Assembly: GCF_036321535.1 (NCBI RefSeq)
Contig: NC_087436.1
Coordinates: 45,386,001-45,450,000, forward strand
Length of the DNA stretch: 64,000 nucleotides
Source of the DNA: Camelus dromedarius
Taxonomy: Eukaryota
Direction: 5' to 3'
The position numbers were made by a program, and so were the translations under genes. Under the pieces are notes generated by a model, which searched no databases, had not been told where the DNA came from, and saw only the letters and a list, made by a program, of their open reading frames with translations. Shown piece by piece: positions 42,638 through 55,249 of this stretch; within the stretch, counting starts at the first letter, position 1; the number at the start of each line of letters is the position of its first letter.

Positions 42638-43100
42638 GTGTGGTGGAAATTTGTTGATTTTCTTCCAATATCCATTCTCCCCTTTCTCTTCAGTAATAGA
42701 ACTTTCAGCTGGGCACATGATACCCAGAATAAAAACTCCATTTGCCAGATCCCCCTGCCTTATAGCTAGGTGTGACCATGTGATTGATTTAAAGGACTAA
42801 ATTGTTAAGTTAAAGTGTCTTGAGCCAGCTACCAAGAATGTTCCTTAGGAGCCAGCTAACACATGTCTTTTGCAAATTCTTCCTTCTGCATTCCTGCCCC
42901 CTGAACATGAATATAATTATGCAAAATCAAAGTAGTTCCTGAAGGCCATTCCCAAGGCATAGAAGATTGGAAAGCTGGAAACAGCCTTAAATTCTAGGGA
43001 CTTTCTTGGAGCAGAGCTGCTTTACAATGCTTGAGTTGTCTGTCCCCAAACTTGTGATAGAGAAAAATAAAATCCCGTTTTATCTAAGCTACTGTATACC
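42638..43100 (+). mobile_element. MLT1J-like MaLR LTR
   Basis: tgtggtgg...ccaatatccattctcccctttctcttcagtaatagaac...ggagcagagctgc. Confidence 0.75.
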
Positions 43101-43129
43101 CATATCTACTCGTATCCGAAGCCATGGTC

Positions 43130-43710
43130 AGATAGGTGTCTCGTACATGTCACGGCCAGAGCATAACTCTTGATCTTCCTCCCCCAAAGTCTGCTTCTCA
43201 CATATTCTATCCAATTTCAATTAATGACACTCCTAAACCCCGTTGCTTAGGCTATAAATTAAGCATCATCTTGACTTTTCTCCCAGCTTAATTTAACCCA
43301 TCAGGAAGTCCTATTAGCAGTACTGTATGTGAGCACCAGGATTGCAACTGCTTCTTTCACTGCACCCCTACCTCTTCAGTACAGGCTGTTAGAGTAGCCC
43401 TCACAGATCACTGCCACAGCCCTTCTCTCTGTCTTTATGCTCCTACCTTTCCCTCTGTAATCCATTCTTTACGAAATTTGAAACAGTCTTTTTAAAAATA
43501 TCAATCAGGTCATAACAGAATTCTCCTCAAATTCATCCAATAGCTTTCCTTCATACTTTGAACAAAACGTTAGGTTCTTGCCATGATCCACATGGACTTA
43601 ACACCGTATGCCCCTGACTACCTCCCAATTTCACCTCTTATCTAGTTCCTCTTTGCTCCTGCCATTCAAGCCATGTTAGCCCTCTTGCTGTTCCTTGAAC
43701 ATCTTACCTC
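43130..43710 (+). mobile_element. L2 LINE fragment
   Basis: aactcttgatcttcctccccc...aatccattcttt...gcctcttgctgttccttgaaca. Confidence 0.7.
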
Positions 43711-45804
43711 ATGATGATATAAACACACTTCTAAGCCTGGGGTTTTTGAAGAGCAGTTACTACATGCTAATTGCTGTCCTTATCTGTCAGCATTTATCCC
43801 CAGAAGTCTCTCCTGTCTCAGCTGCCTTTGCCAACCAGCTCCTAGAACTGAGTGAAGAATAATAGTTGTTAAGAATTAATACAAGAGCTAGTATTGACTG
43901 AATGCTTACTTTGTGTCAGAGGAGCTGACATAGATTATCTTCAACATTACACTATCTAGTAATAAAAAGGAATAGTGGAAATGTATCTACTAAAGATACA
44001 TCTATAATCTATATCTATAGTCTATTTGTTCTGTTTCTCTGGAGAACCCTGCCTAATACTGGGCCTAAGCCAGCATCAGACACAATCACTGGGGCCTCCT
44101 GGGGTCTGAATTGCTCCAGATTGTCTTCAGTCAAAACCAGCTTCATTTAAAATTAATTTGCTATATTAGGTTCTGTAAAGAAAACAAACTGCTTTTAAAA
44201 TGATTATTTGCTTTTGATTTGTAAAAATCACAGGTAACATTTGCACCCAGAATAATAGCTTACACATAGTAGGCATGCAGTAAGTATTTGTTAAATGTTT
44301 ATTAGACGACATATCTGTTGTTACCTAATGACATCATATCCTAATTGCTAAGAAAACAATGACTCCTGGGGAGCTTAACCTGGAAATCTGAAGTTGGAGT
44401 CAAAGCCAAAAAACTGTGTGTTATAGAGAAGCAGTGGAATTATGGAATATGGTGGTCCAGAGTATAGCTACAGTTTTTTTCTTCTTGAAAAATAATTTTC
44501 CTCTGAAAAAGTTGATGTTTCAAAAACACAGTGCAATGCAACATCTTTTCTTCTGTTTTCATGTATTTACGGCAACACCTTTTTCTTCATACAATATCTA
44601 ATTATAGTTAACTTACAGCCTGGATAGATTTGCTCCTATAAACTAATAAGTACGAGTGCAAGCATATAGAACTGCTGAACCAGTGCAGGCTGGTTGATTT
44701 AAGGCTTACGCGTTCTCATATGAATCTTATAGACCATTATCTTAGCAAAGGTAGAGCTCAATGGGCAGGAATTGATTACAGTATTCCAAATAGTGTCAGC
44801 TTTCTTTAATTACTGGATAGAAGTTATCGGAGCAAAGGCTGGTGCTTTGGTGGAACCAGAGGCCAAAGGACAAGGTCTCTAATAATAAAATGGAAGTTCT
44901 CTTGCAGGAGGAGAAAGCACTAGAGATCTCTTAAGGAACAGAAAATTTCATACAATATTTCTAGGCCAAGTCCAAATAAACACTTAACATGTGCTACCAT
45001 TACACAGCTACATGGTCTCCTGGTTACAAGCTATACATGATATTCATGGGGAAACAGCTTTATCATTTAATTAGATATTTAGTCAGGTAATTGCAAGAAG
45101 TTGGGAATTCTCTCCATTTCCAAATGATAAAAATATAAAAAGGCAATTGACACCTAATTTTAATATTTTTAAATGCTTTCTTATTTAGTTCCCCTCGCCC
45201 CTGCAGAAATTTTAAAACTTGAGAAAATATAAGAAATGATTGCTTTTAGACATTAGCAGAATGAAACTGTGCTTCCTAAAAGAGGGGACAGAAAAATGAT
45301 GAAGCTTATAATGAATTCCCGGCTTTCTGTCTGGAGGGACTTTCCAAGCTAAGGCACAAGGAGGTATAAGAGCTGAGCTGGTGGTCCAACAGGTTCAAAG
45401 ATAAGACAAGGGCCTACCTTTAAGGAGCAGTAGCTTGCACATCTGACTCTTCTGCATTTCAAGTCCCATTGCCTTGAGGCCCTTACATTTTCTGATGACA
45501 ATATTTCTTTCCTATTCATCTTCCTTTCAGTTTCACCCTTAAAAATCCATCCTTGAAATTTACATCAGGCTGATTTTTCTAAAATATAAATTTAGTTGCA
45601 ATTCTTCCAATTAAAATTATTTGGTGACTTCCGCTGCCTTTGGGATAAATTGAGAATATTAGTATAGAACAAAATTTTAGTACTTTGGGTTCTGTCAATT
45701 ATCACCCCCACCTATCTACTCTGCCTCACTTTTCTACCTCCACAATATCTGACACTCCATTCTTACTAGTGGTTGCCTGAATAGGGCATTCTTTCACAAG
45801 CTCA

Positions 45805-45965
45805 TGGCCAACTTCATGGCACCCAAGGCCCATGAAACACCTCAAAAGATCCCATCTTACAAGGGCTCTATACTTGGTTTAAGACTGATGTCAGCATGTT
45901 GAAATTCTTAATAATTTTTTAATAATACGATTTTCACTGGACCCCACAAATTATGTGGCCAGTCT
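45805..45965. mobile_element. MER53-like hAT DNA transposon
   Basis: ggccaacttcatgg...cttggtttaa...ttgaaattcttaataatttt...ttttcactggaccccacaaattatgtggccag. Confidence 0.7.
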
Positions 45966-46719
45966 TTTCTAGTTTTATATATGCTGTTCTCTTTGATTGG
46001 AATTACCACATACACACCACTAACACTATGGTAGACACCATGGAGAATGGGCAATAAAGTTTGATTGAAATATAAAAAGCACTGAGGCACTTGGATTTGA
46101 GTTTTGGCTCTATCAGATTTTAGCTCTTAACTTTTCTTAATTTGTTTCATTACCTGTAGAGGGTTAAAATATCTTTTCCACTTACCTTGTAGGGCTGATA
46201 CAAGGATTGGCTGAGATAATATAAAACTTTTTAAACAGTAAAATACAGATAAGGACTTTAACTGTATCACCACATCTTAATTGGCTCACTTGTTTTAGTC
46301 AACATCAACTAATCCACACTTCCAGGAGGAAATATTATGCATATCAGAGCAACTTTTTTTAATACTCCAACAAAAATTGAGTGCTTCCATAAAGGATTTA
46401 TGAAGATTTTATTCAAGAATTGCATGGGTTTAGGGGAAAAAAATGCTTATGATACACTCTCACAGATGAGAACACCCTGGCTATATATAAGGGCAAAATT
46501 ACAGGCGACTAAAGCAGAAATTATGACATTTCACAATTGAAGCATCTATTAATTTGTTGTTTTAAAGAGGATGCCAGTTCCTGTGAAATGGACATGCTCA
46601 CATATTGCTGATGGGGATAAATAAACAAAATATAGATCCACAGTAGAATACTATTCAGCAATAAAAGGAAAGAAGCTGCTTATACATGTTACAGCATGAT
46701 GAAGCTGAAAACTAGTTAC

Positions 46720-47282
46720 ACTACTCTTTCATAAATTAACAAATCCAACAGGCAGAAAGTCACTAAGGACACTGTTGAACTCAACAACACCATCAATCAA
46801 TACTGTTGACATCTATAGGCTATGTCATTCAACCACAGCAGAATACATATTCTTCTAAAGCTCATATGGAATATTCATCAAGATAGACCACATTCTGAGC
46901 CATAAAACACATCTTAACAAATTTAAAAGAGTAGAAATCATACAGTGTCTGTTCTAAGACCACAATGGAATTAAGCCAGAAATCAATAACAGATAACCTG
47001 GGAACTCCAAAATTCATGGAGCTTAAACAGCATACTTCTAAATATTTGAATCAAAGAAGACATATCAAAAGAAATTTTTAAATATTTTGAACTAAATGAA
47101 GATGAAAACACAGCAAAATTTATGAGATGCAGTGAAGGCATTAATTAGAGGGAAATTTATAGCATTGATGCACATGTTAGAAAGGAAGAAAGATCTAAAA
47201 TCAATAATTTAAGTTTCCACTTTAAGAAACTAGAAAAATAGAAGCAAAACAAACCCAAAGGAGCAGAAGAAAAGAAATAATA
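46720..47282 (+). mobile_element. Older L1 fragment (ORF2 endonuclease region)
   Basis: gacatctatagg...cagcagaatacatattcttc...caagatagaccacattctgagccataaaaca...gaccacaatggaattaa. Confidence 0.85.
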
Positions 47283-48028
47283 ACAAGCTACAGTAATCAA
47301 AACAGTATGGTACTGGCACAAAAACAGACAGATCAATGGAACAGGATAGAAAGCCCAGAAATAATCCCATACACTTATGATCAATTAAACAAGACAAAGG
47401 AGGCAAGAATATACAATGGAGAAAAGACAGTCTCTTCAATAAGTGGTGCTGGAAAAGCTGGACAGCTACATGTAAAAGAATGAAATTAGACATTATCTAA
47501 CATCATAAAAAAATAAATTCAAAATAGATTAAAGACCTAAGTGTAAGACTGGATACTACAAAACACCTAGAGGAAAACATAGGCAGAACACTCTTTGACA
47601 TAAATTGCAGCAATATTTTTTTGGATCCATCTCCTAGAATAATTGAAACAAAAGTAAAAATAAGCTAATGGGACCTAATTAAACTTAAAAGCTTTTGCAC
47701 AGTGAAAGAAACCATAAACAAAATGAAAAGACAACCAATGAAATGGGAGAAAATATTTACAAATAGCGTGACCAATAAGGACCTAATTTCCAAAATATAC
47801 AAATGGCTCATACATCTCAATATCCAAATAAATAAATAAATAACCCAATCAAAAAATGGGCAGAAGATCTAAATAGACATTTCACCAAAGAAGACATGCA
47901 GATAGCCAACAGGCAAATGAAAATATGCTCAATATCACTCATTATTAAAGAAACTCAAATCAAAACTACAATGAGGTATCACCTCACACCAGTCAGAATG
48001 GGCATCATTAAAAAGTCCACAGAATAAT

Positions 48029-51000
48029 CTCGAGCAAGATAGCAGAGTAGAAGGACGCTTTTAGCTCACCCTCTCCCACAAATACACCAAAACTCACATC
48101 TACGGAGCTACTCAGCCAGCCAGAGCACCTGCCGAACTCTGACAGAACATCACCCTCTTCGAAAGACAAAGACACCAAAAATCTGGTAGGAGAAAAGGAA
48201 AAAAGAAAGAAGAAAAAGCAAAACAGTGTGGGACCAATCCCATGGGGAGGGAACAGCAAAGGAGGACTGGTGCTCGTTCGCTGGGTCTCCCCTCTCCAAC
48301 AGAGAAGCCAGCAGGACGGAGGGGGAGCCTCTGAGGCTCAGATCTGCCCCAAGCACCCCTTGACCGACAGAACTGAGTTAAACGGGCACAGAGGGTCCCC
48401 GCGACACCCAGCCCAAGATGCGAGCCGGCAGCTGGGGCCAGGACAGGCCACCCGAGCCGGGTGGAGGACTGGGGCAGCTGCACTGAGGCAGCTCCGGGGG
48501 ACTGCAGGGGTCTGCACGCTGTGGCTGGGAGGGGATATGGAGCAGAACATCCTCGGTCCCCCATAAATAGCAAAAAAAGCAAAGCAACACTGCTGGTGTG
48601 CCCTGGGTGGAGGGGCGCCATAGCCTTTGTCTCCTCAGACCTGCACCACCATTACTGGTGCTTCTCATGAGAAGAGAGGCCGGGCACAGCCACAGCTGCC
48701 ATTTCCTCCTGTGTGCAGCGCCCGGGCAGGGGGTGGGGGCGAACCCTGAATCTGCATGCGGGGGCTCCGCAACCTCCTGGACAGGACTGAGACTTGTTTA
48801 CAGCCCAAGGCAGATAGGATCTTTCTCCCTTGGCACCTCAGTGAACTTGCACCACCAAGGCAAACAAGGAGCTGAGATTTGGCACGGAGCAGGGGCAGGG
48901 CCATTCTGTGGTCTTCCCAGAGCCTGCCTTTGGAGCTCCCACCAGAGCTCTGGGCAGCTGCACAGAGCAGTGGAGCAACCGGCGCCGGGGGAGGACAGGC
49001 AGCCACCCCCCTTTCTGGCAGGAATGCAGCACCTGACCATGGTGCCGGGAGGGGGTGCCATCCGCCCACCTGCCTCCCCCCGAGCGCAGCATCTGACTGC
49101 AGCATCGGAAGGGGGAGTGACCCACCCGCCCACCAGGTAAGAGCTCAGCACCTGACTCAGTGTTAGGAGGGGGCACGATCTGCTAGCCAATAGCCATTGG
49201 GAGCAGCACACACGAGGGTGCCAACAGAGGGCCTCTGGAAACAGCAAGCTGAGTACGTGAAACAGGACAAAGACACAAAGATCTCTCAATAAAATCATTA
49301 AGAGCACAGCATCTCTAGGAGAACTAGATAACTGATACTCCTTAAGCCACAGTGCCAGAGAGATATGAGCAATATGAAGAAGCAGAGGAACCACTCCCAA
49401 TTAAAAGAGCAAGAGAAATCCCCTGAAGGCATGATCAAGGAAATAGACATTGATGGCCTACTAGATCAAGATTTCAAAAAAGGAGTGATCAAAATACTGA
49501 AGGAACTAAAAGAAATAGTGTTTAGAGATATAAAATATGTCAAAAAATGAAATAGAAGCTATAAAGAAGAACCAAGTAGAATTAGTCAACTGATTTGCTG
49601 AGATGAGATCTGACCTAAAGGCTGTACAAAGCAGGCTAGATAATGCAGAGGAACGACTAAGTGACCTAGAAGACAGGACAACAGAAAGCACCCGATCAGA
49701 ACAGCTGAGAGAAAAACAAATAAAAAACAATGAAAACAATATGAGGGACCTATGGGATAATATAAAACATGCCAATCTACGCATAATAGGGGTTCCAGAA
49801 GGGGAAGAAAGAACAAAGGGGATTGGAAAGGTATTTGAAGAAATCATGACTGAAAACTTCCCAAATCTAAAGAAAGAATCAGATATCCAAGTACAGGAGG
49901 CTCAGAGGGTCCCAAACAGGAAGAACCCAAACAGACCCACACCAAGACATACCATAATCAAGATGGCCAGAGTCAAGGATAAAGAAATGATCCTAAAGGC
50001 AGCAAGAGAAAAACAAAGAGTGAGTTACAAGGGAACCCCCATAAGGCTCTCAGCTGATTTATCTACACAAACACTACAGGCCAGAAGGGAGTGGCAAGAC
50101 ATATTCAAAGTCCTGAATGAAAAAAAGATGCAGCCTAGGATGCTCTATCCAGCAAGGCTATCCTTTAGAATAGAAGGAGAGATAAAGAACTTCACAGACA
50201 AGCAAAAACTAAGAGAGTTTAGCAACACTAAACCCATGCTAAAAGAAATATTCATAGGTCTACTCTAAATAGAAAAGAAGCAGGATGCTACAAAAATGAG
50301 AAACTTATAACTGGAAAGGAGATAACTGCTATGAATTATAAAAAGAATAAACACAAAATTGTAAAAGAAGATATCTAAATCATTAAGAGTGGGAGAGGGA
50401 AGCAAGGAAAGCCACTGTGGAAAACAGTATGGAGATTCCTCCAAAGACTAGGAATAGACTTACCATGTGACTGAGGAATCCTGCTCCTGGGCATATATCC
50501 AGAAGGAACCCTACTTCAAAATGACACCTGCACCCCAGTGTTCATAGCAGCACTATTTACAATAGCCAAGACATGGAGGCAGCCTAGATGTCCATCAATA
50601 GATGACTGGATAAAGAAGATGTGGTATATTTATACAATGAAATACTATTCAGCCATAAAAACCAACAACATAACACCATTTGCAGCAACATGGATGTTCC
50701 TGGAGAATGTCATTCAAAGTGAAGTAAGCTAGAAAGAAAAATACCATATCAGATCGCTTATATGAGGAATCTAAAAAAACAAACAAACAAACAAAACATA
50801 AATACAAAACAGAAACAGACTCATAGACGTAGAATAGAAACTAGTTGTTACCAAGGGGGCGAAGGGTGGGAAGGGACAGACTGGGATTTTAAAATGCAGA
50901 ATAGATAAACAAGATTATACTGTATAGCACAGGGGAAAATATACAAGATCTTGTGGTAGCTCATAGTGAAAAAAAAAATGTGACAATGAATATATACATG

Positions 51001-51138
51001 TTCATGTATGACTGAAAAATTGTGCTCTATACTAGAATTTGACACAACATTGTAAAATAACTATTACTCAATTAAAAAAATGTAATAAATAAATAAATAA
51101 ACAAATAAATAAATAAATAAAGTGAACATAAAAAAAAA
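48029..51138 (+). mobile_element. Relatively young L1 derivative: 5'UTR, ORF1, ORF2 C-terminal stub and 3'UTR (ORF2 EN/RT absent)
   Basis: Starts caagatagcagagtagaaggacg; GC/CpG-rich 5'UTR; (AAAT)n/polyA tail; TSD aaaaagtccaca(g)aataat at 48010-48028 and 51139-51156. Confidence 0.93.
49365..50268 (+). pseudogene. L1 ORF1p (coiled coil, RRM, CTD), disrupted by a frameshift near 49545 and an in-frame TGA at 49591
   Basis: Motifs DLWDNIKHANLRIIGVPEGEE, RPTPRHTIIKM, YKGTPIRLSADLS, ARREW, YPARLSF. Confidence 0.93.
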
Positions 51139-52039
51139 AAAAAGTCCACAAATAATAAAGGCTGGAGAGGGTGTGGAGAAAAAGGAACCCTCTTACACTG
51201 TTGGTGGAAATGTAAATTTGTGCAGCCACTATGGAAAACAGTATGAAGATTCCTTACAACACAAAAAATGGAGTTACCGTATGATCCAACAATCCCACTC
51301 CTGGGCATATATCCAGAGAAAACTCTAATTTGAAAAGATACATGCACCCCAATGGTCATAGTAGCACTATACAATAGCCAAGACATGAAAGCAACCTAAA
51401 TGTCTATCCACAGATGAATGGATAAAGAAGATGTGGTACATACACACAATGGAATAATACTGAGCCATAAAAAATAATGAAATAAACCCATTTGCAGCAT
51501 CACGGATGGACCCTGAAATATCATATAAGTGAAGTAAGTCAGACAAAGACAAATATCATATGACATCACTTATATGTGGAATCTGAAAAAAGATACAAAT
51601 TTTATTTACAAATCAGAAATAGACTCACAGACATAGAAAACAAATTATGGTTACCAAAGGGGTAATGGGAAAAGGGATAAATCAGGAGTTTGGGATTAAC
51701 AGATACACATAACTATATCTAAAATAAATAAACAACAAGGACCTACTTATAGCACAGGGAACTATATTCAATTTATTATAATAAGCTATAATGGAAAAGA
51801 ACCTGAAAATATATGCATATATATGTATGTATATGTATGACTGAATCACTTTGCTGTACACCTGAAATTAACTTTGTAAGTCAACTATACTTCAATATAA
51901 AATAAATTTTTTAAAATGATATAAAGATAATTTTCTGTTTCATTTTCCAGAATGTAAGAGAACCAAGAAATGAATATATAAATATATACACAGAGAAAAA
52001 AATCTTTCTCAGCGATTTATCTCTTCTGTTTGACTAATG

Positions 52040-53390
52040 TCACTAACCACCATCCCATCACCCAGGCTTCTAATCTCTTTCTCATTCTACAAGTCTAACC
52101 AGCCACTAAGTTCTGGACATTCTGCTTGTGCAGTATCACTGTCCTTCTCCTCATTTCCACACCTACTGACAATTAAAATTCTGGCTTTCCTTATCTGGCC
52201 CTGTTTATAATCACCTTCTGGATCATTTTCTCTATTCCAGTCTTTCCCGTTCTGAGGCGTTCCACGCTGATGCGAACAGATTAGCAGTTTCACACTCAAC
52301 AATCTTCAGAAGTTCCTTCTTGCCACATTGATGGCTAAAGACATCTCACATTTGATATGTCCAAAGCTGTGGCCCTGATCCTCTCCTCCAAACTTTTATT
52401 TCCCATAATCTTTCCATCTCAGTTCATAGTGGACATTACAAAATCATCATGTTCAGCTGGCACCTGCTGATTTACGCTGCAGAATTTACTCCTCCCACAG
52501 TCTTCCTTATCATTTCACTTCATAGAGATAAAAACTTTGAAGTCTTTCTTGAGATATCTCTAACTTAACATCCAATCTATCAGATTTTTTTAAAAAATCA
52601 GCTCTAATATTAAAATAAATATCCAGAATCCAGCTACTTCTCACTCCCTCCATTGATTTCCGGTCTGAGCCACTATCAACTTTTGCCTCCGTTGCTGCAG
52701 TAGCCCCTACCTCGTCTCCTGTGGTCTACCCTTGGCACTCCACAGTCTGCTATTCTCATCACAGGACAAAATGATCCTTTAAAAACATGAATCAGATCAG
52801 TTACTCTTTTGTTCAGAACCCAACTATAGTACTACTTCCTATAATTTCCTATAATGATCTGCAAGGCCCTGCATAATCTGCCCTCCACCTCACCTTTCTG
52901 ACCACATCACCTACTGCTCTTCCTTCTTGCTCGCCCCACTGCTGCCGTCCTGGCCTCCTTGCTGAGTTCTCCAAAGCCAGACATGCTCCCACGTTAAGGT
53001 CTTTGGGTGGGCTCTTCTCTCTGCGTGGACTACTCTTTCCCAGGTGTTTACCTGGCTGTTTACCATACATTCTTTACAGCCGCACTTAAATTTCACCTCA
53101 ATGAGTAAATACCCTCTATGAAATCAAAGTTCCCTACTGCCGAGGACTTTTGAGCCTTACCATGTTCTTTATTTTTTCATGGTGGCATTCACTACTTTCT
53201 AACATACTATAACATTTTCTTATTTTTCATTTGTGTTATCTTTCTCCCTATGCTATAATAGAAGCTGCACAGATACAGGAATCTTTGTCAATTTTGTTCA
53301 TGGATAAATGCTAAGTATCTATTACTTTGCTGGACATATTGTGAGTACTAAATATTCTCAGTGAACTGAATTAGTTAAATGCCAAGCAAT
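52040..53390 (+). mobile_element. L2 LINE 3' region (possibly two pieces)
   Basis: acatctcacatttgatatgtccaaagctg; atccagaatccagctacttctcac; gaagctgcacagatacaggaatctttgtc. Confidence 0.8.
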
Positions 53391-53692
53391 TTAGAATGGA
53401 CATTCTGGGCATGGTGAGAAAATGCCCATGCAACAAGTTCTAATATTTTCTCATCTTTATCACCTACTTCACTACTTCAATTTTCTTTCAATGAATGGAG
53501 TACCTATATTTAAGTAGTTTTGATGAAAATAAAATACTGGAGAAAGACATGCCTCTATTAAAAAAAAAAAAAAAAACGGTTTTAACCCTAGATCACTTGT
53601 CTGAATTACGATGCTAAAAAAGGAAACTATTTCAATTGTTTTTCAGTCATTTCCAAGGTGATTGCTTGCAGGGTTCCTAAGTGAAGACGGAA

Positions 53693-53710
53693 TAGCGCCA
53701 CCTGCTGACA
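53693..53710 (-). promoter_or_regulatory. CTCF core motif
   Basis: Minus strand TGTCAGCAGGTGGCGCTA closely matches the CTCF consensus, in non-repeat sequence, CpG retained. Confidence 0.7.
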
Positions 53711-54471
53711 GCCTGCTGATCTTGATGAAATGACTTATTTGGGCCTTTCTAAGCAGTTCTGTAAGGCATTTAAATAGTTGCCCTTTTAAACTTTGTTCGG
53801 TTCTATTTTTCATGTTATCACACAAAGCTTTTTACCTGGCCATATAAAATTTTTCCTTTCTTATTCTATAAAAAACAAGATTGTTTTGTAATCACCACCA
53901 AAAAATTTGTCTAACAGATGCCATGTAACTTTAACGGGGTACAAACAAGGAAATGGTTCATCCATGAAAATGTAGAAAATTTCAGATCTCATTGGAAAAT
54001 TAAGGAAAGTGGGAAAGGTAGTAATTCTAATTTTTCTGGTGTATTAGTCATTTTACATCATGATTAACAGTTATGAATAAAGAATATTTCCTCCCAGAGA
54101 AAATACCCTTCTCATGTCCAGATTTTCAGAAATGCAGATATCCCTCTTTTTCTTCCAAAAGTGATTATTATGCTGATTGCTTATCATGGAGTCTATTAAA
54201 TAAAGGCAAGATTCGTCTGTCTGACTCTAAATGTCATTGGTTTAACTAACAAATATTTATTAAGTGCCAGATTCTAAGTGAAGTTGTTTCAGCAGAGTCC
54301 GAAACTGAAAAATTTCCTGTCTTCCAGAAATTTACATTGCAACTGTTGGTTGTTCATGCATTGCTTAGCTAGTTTGGGAAGACTGACAACGCTTGCTGTA
54401 CGGGCAGCTGATACTTAACTGGGAGGAAACAAACCGCAAGCATAATAAATAAGATATGTAGTATATTGGAT

Positions 54472-54897
54472 GATGTTATGAGCGGAATTGTGTCCCCCCG
54501 CCCCAACGAAGTTCATATGTTGAGGGCCTAACCCTCAGGACTTCCTAATGTGACCATATTTGTCAATAATACTATTGCAGATGTAATTAGTTAAGATGAG
54601 GTCATAGTGGAGTAGGCTGGGTCACTAATCCAATATGACAGATATCTTTATAAAAAGGGGAAATTTGAACACAGACATGTACAAGGGGCATGCTCTGTGA
54701 ATGCAGCAGACATCAGAGTGACGCACACACAGGACAAGGAACACCAAAGATTGCCAACACACTGCCAGAAGCTAGGGAGAGGTGTGGAACAGATTTTTAA
54801 AACTCAAAAAGAACCAACTCTGCCAACAACCTGATCACAGACTTCTAGTCTCCTATCAGTGAAGCATTAAACTTCTGTTGTTCTAAGTCTCTAGCAA
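54472..54897 (+). mobile_element. MLT1C-like MaLR LTR within an antisense L2
   Basis: tgttatgagcggaattgtgtccccc...gttcatatgttga...gatgtaattagttaagatgaggtcata...ccagaagctaggga. Confidence 0.85.
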
Positions 54898-55249
54898 TCC
54901 TGAGGAGCTAAAGGAGGGAATGAGGATAGAGAGTGTAGAGGTTGCCATTTAAAACAGAATGATCATGTAACTGCCTGCCTAACTGAGTGTTGGGGTGGGG
55001 GTTCTTTTGGAGTGATGACAATGTTTTAGAACTAGTTAGAGGTGGTGGTTGCACAACATTGTGACTATTCTAAATGCCATTACATTTTACACTTTAAAAT
55101 AGTTAATTTTTTAACCCTTTTAAACAAAATACCTCGTGTTCTCTTTGCCCGTTATTCATTGTCACATTGTCCCTGATGTCCAGCGTGCAGATACCTCTTC
55201 TGGCTGTGGCTCTAGCACTCCAGTCATTATCTTCTTTTTTTTTTTTTTT

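Larger units (their letters stand above)
47283..51910 (+). mobile_element. 5'-truncated artiodactyl-type L1 (ORF2 3' part and 3'UTR), split by the younger L1 at 48029-51138
   Basis: aagctacagtaatcaaaacagtatggtactggcac through atcattaaaaagtccaca; resumes colinearly at 51139 (gctggagagggtgtggagaaaaagg) to the A-rich tail. Confidence 0.9.

Noticed and set aside
48008..49400. Many overlapping 100-200 aa ORFs on both strands
   Set aside because: GC-rich L1 5'UTR is stop-poor in all frames; no evidence for an ORF0-like product from sequence alone
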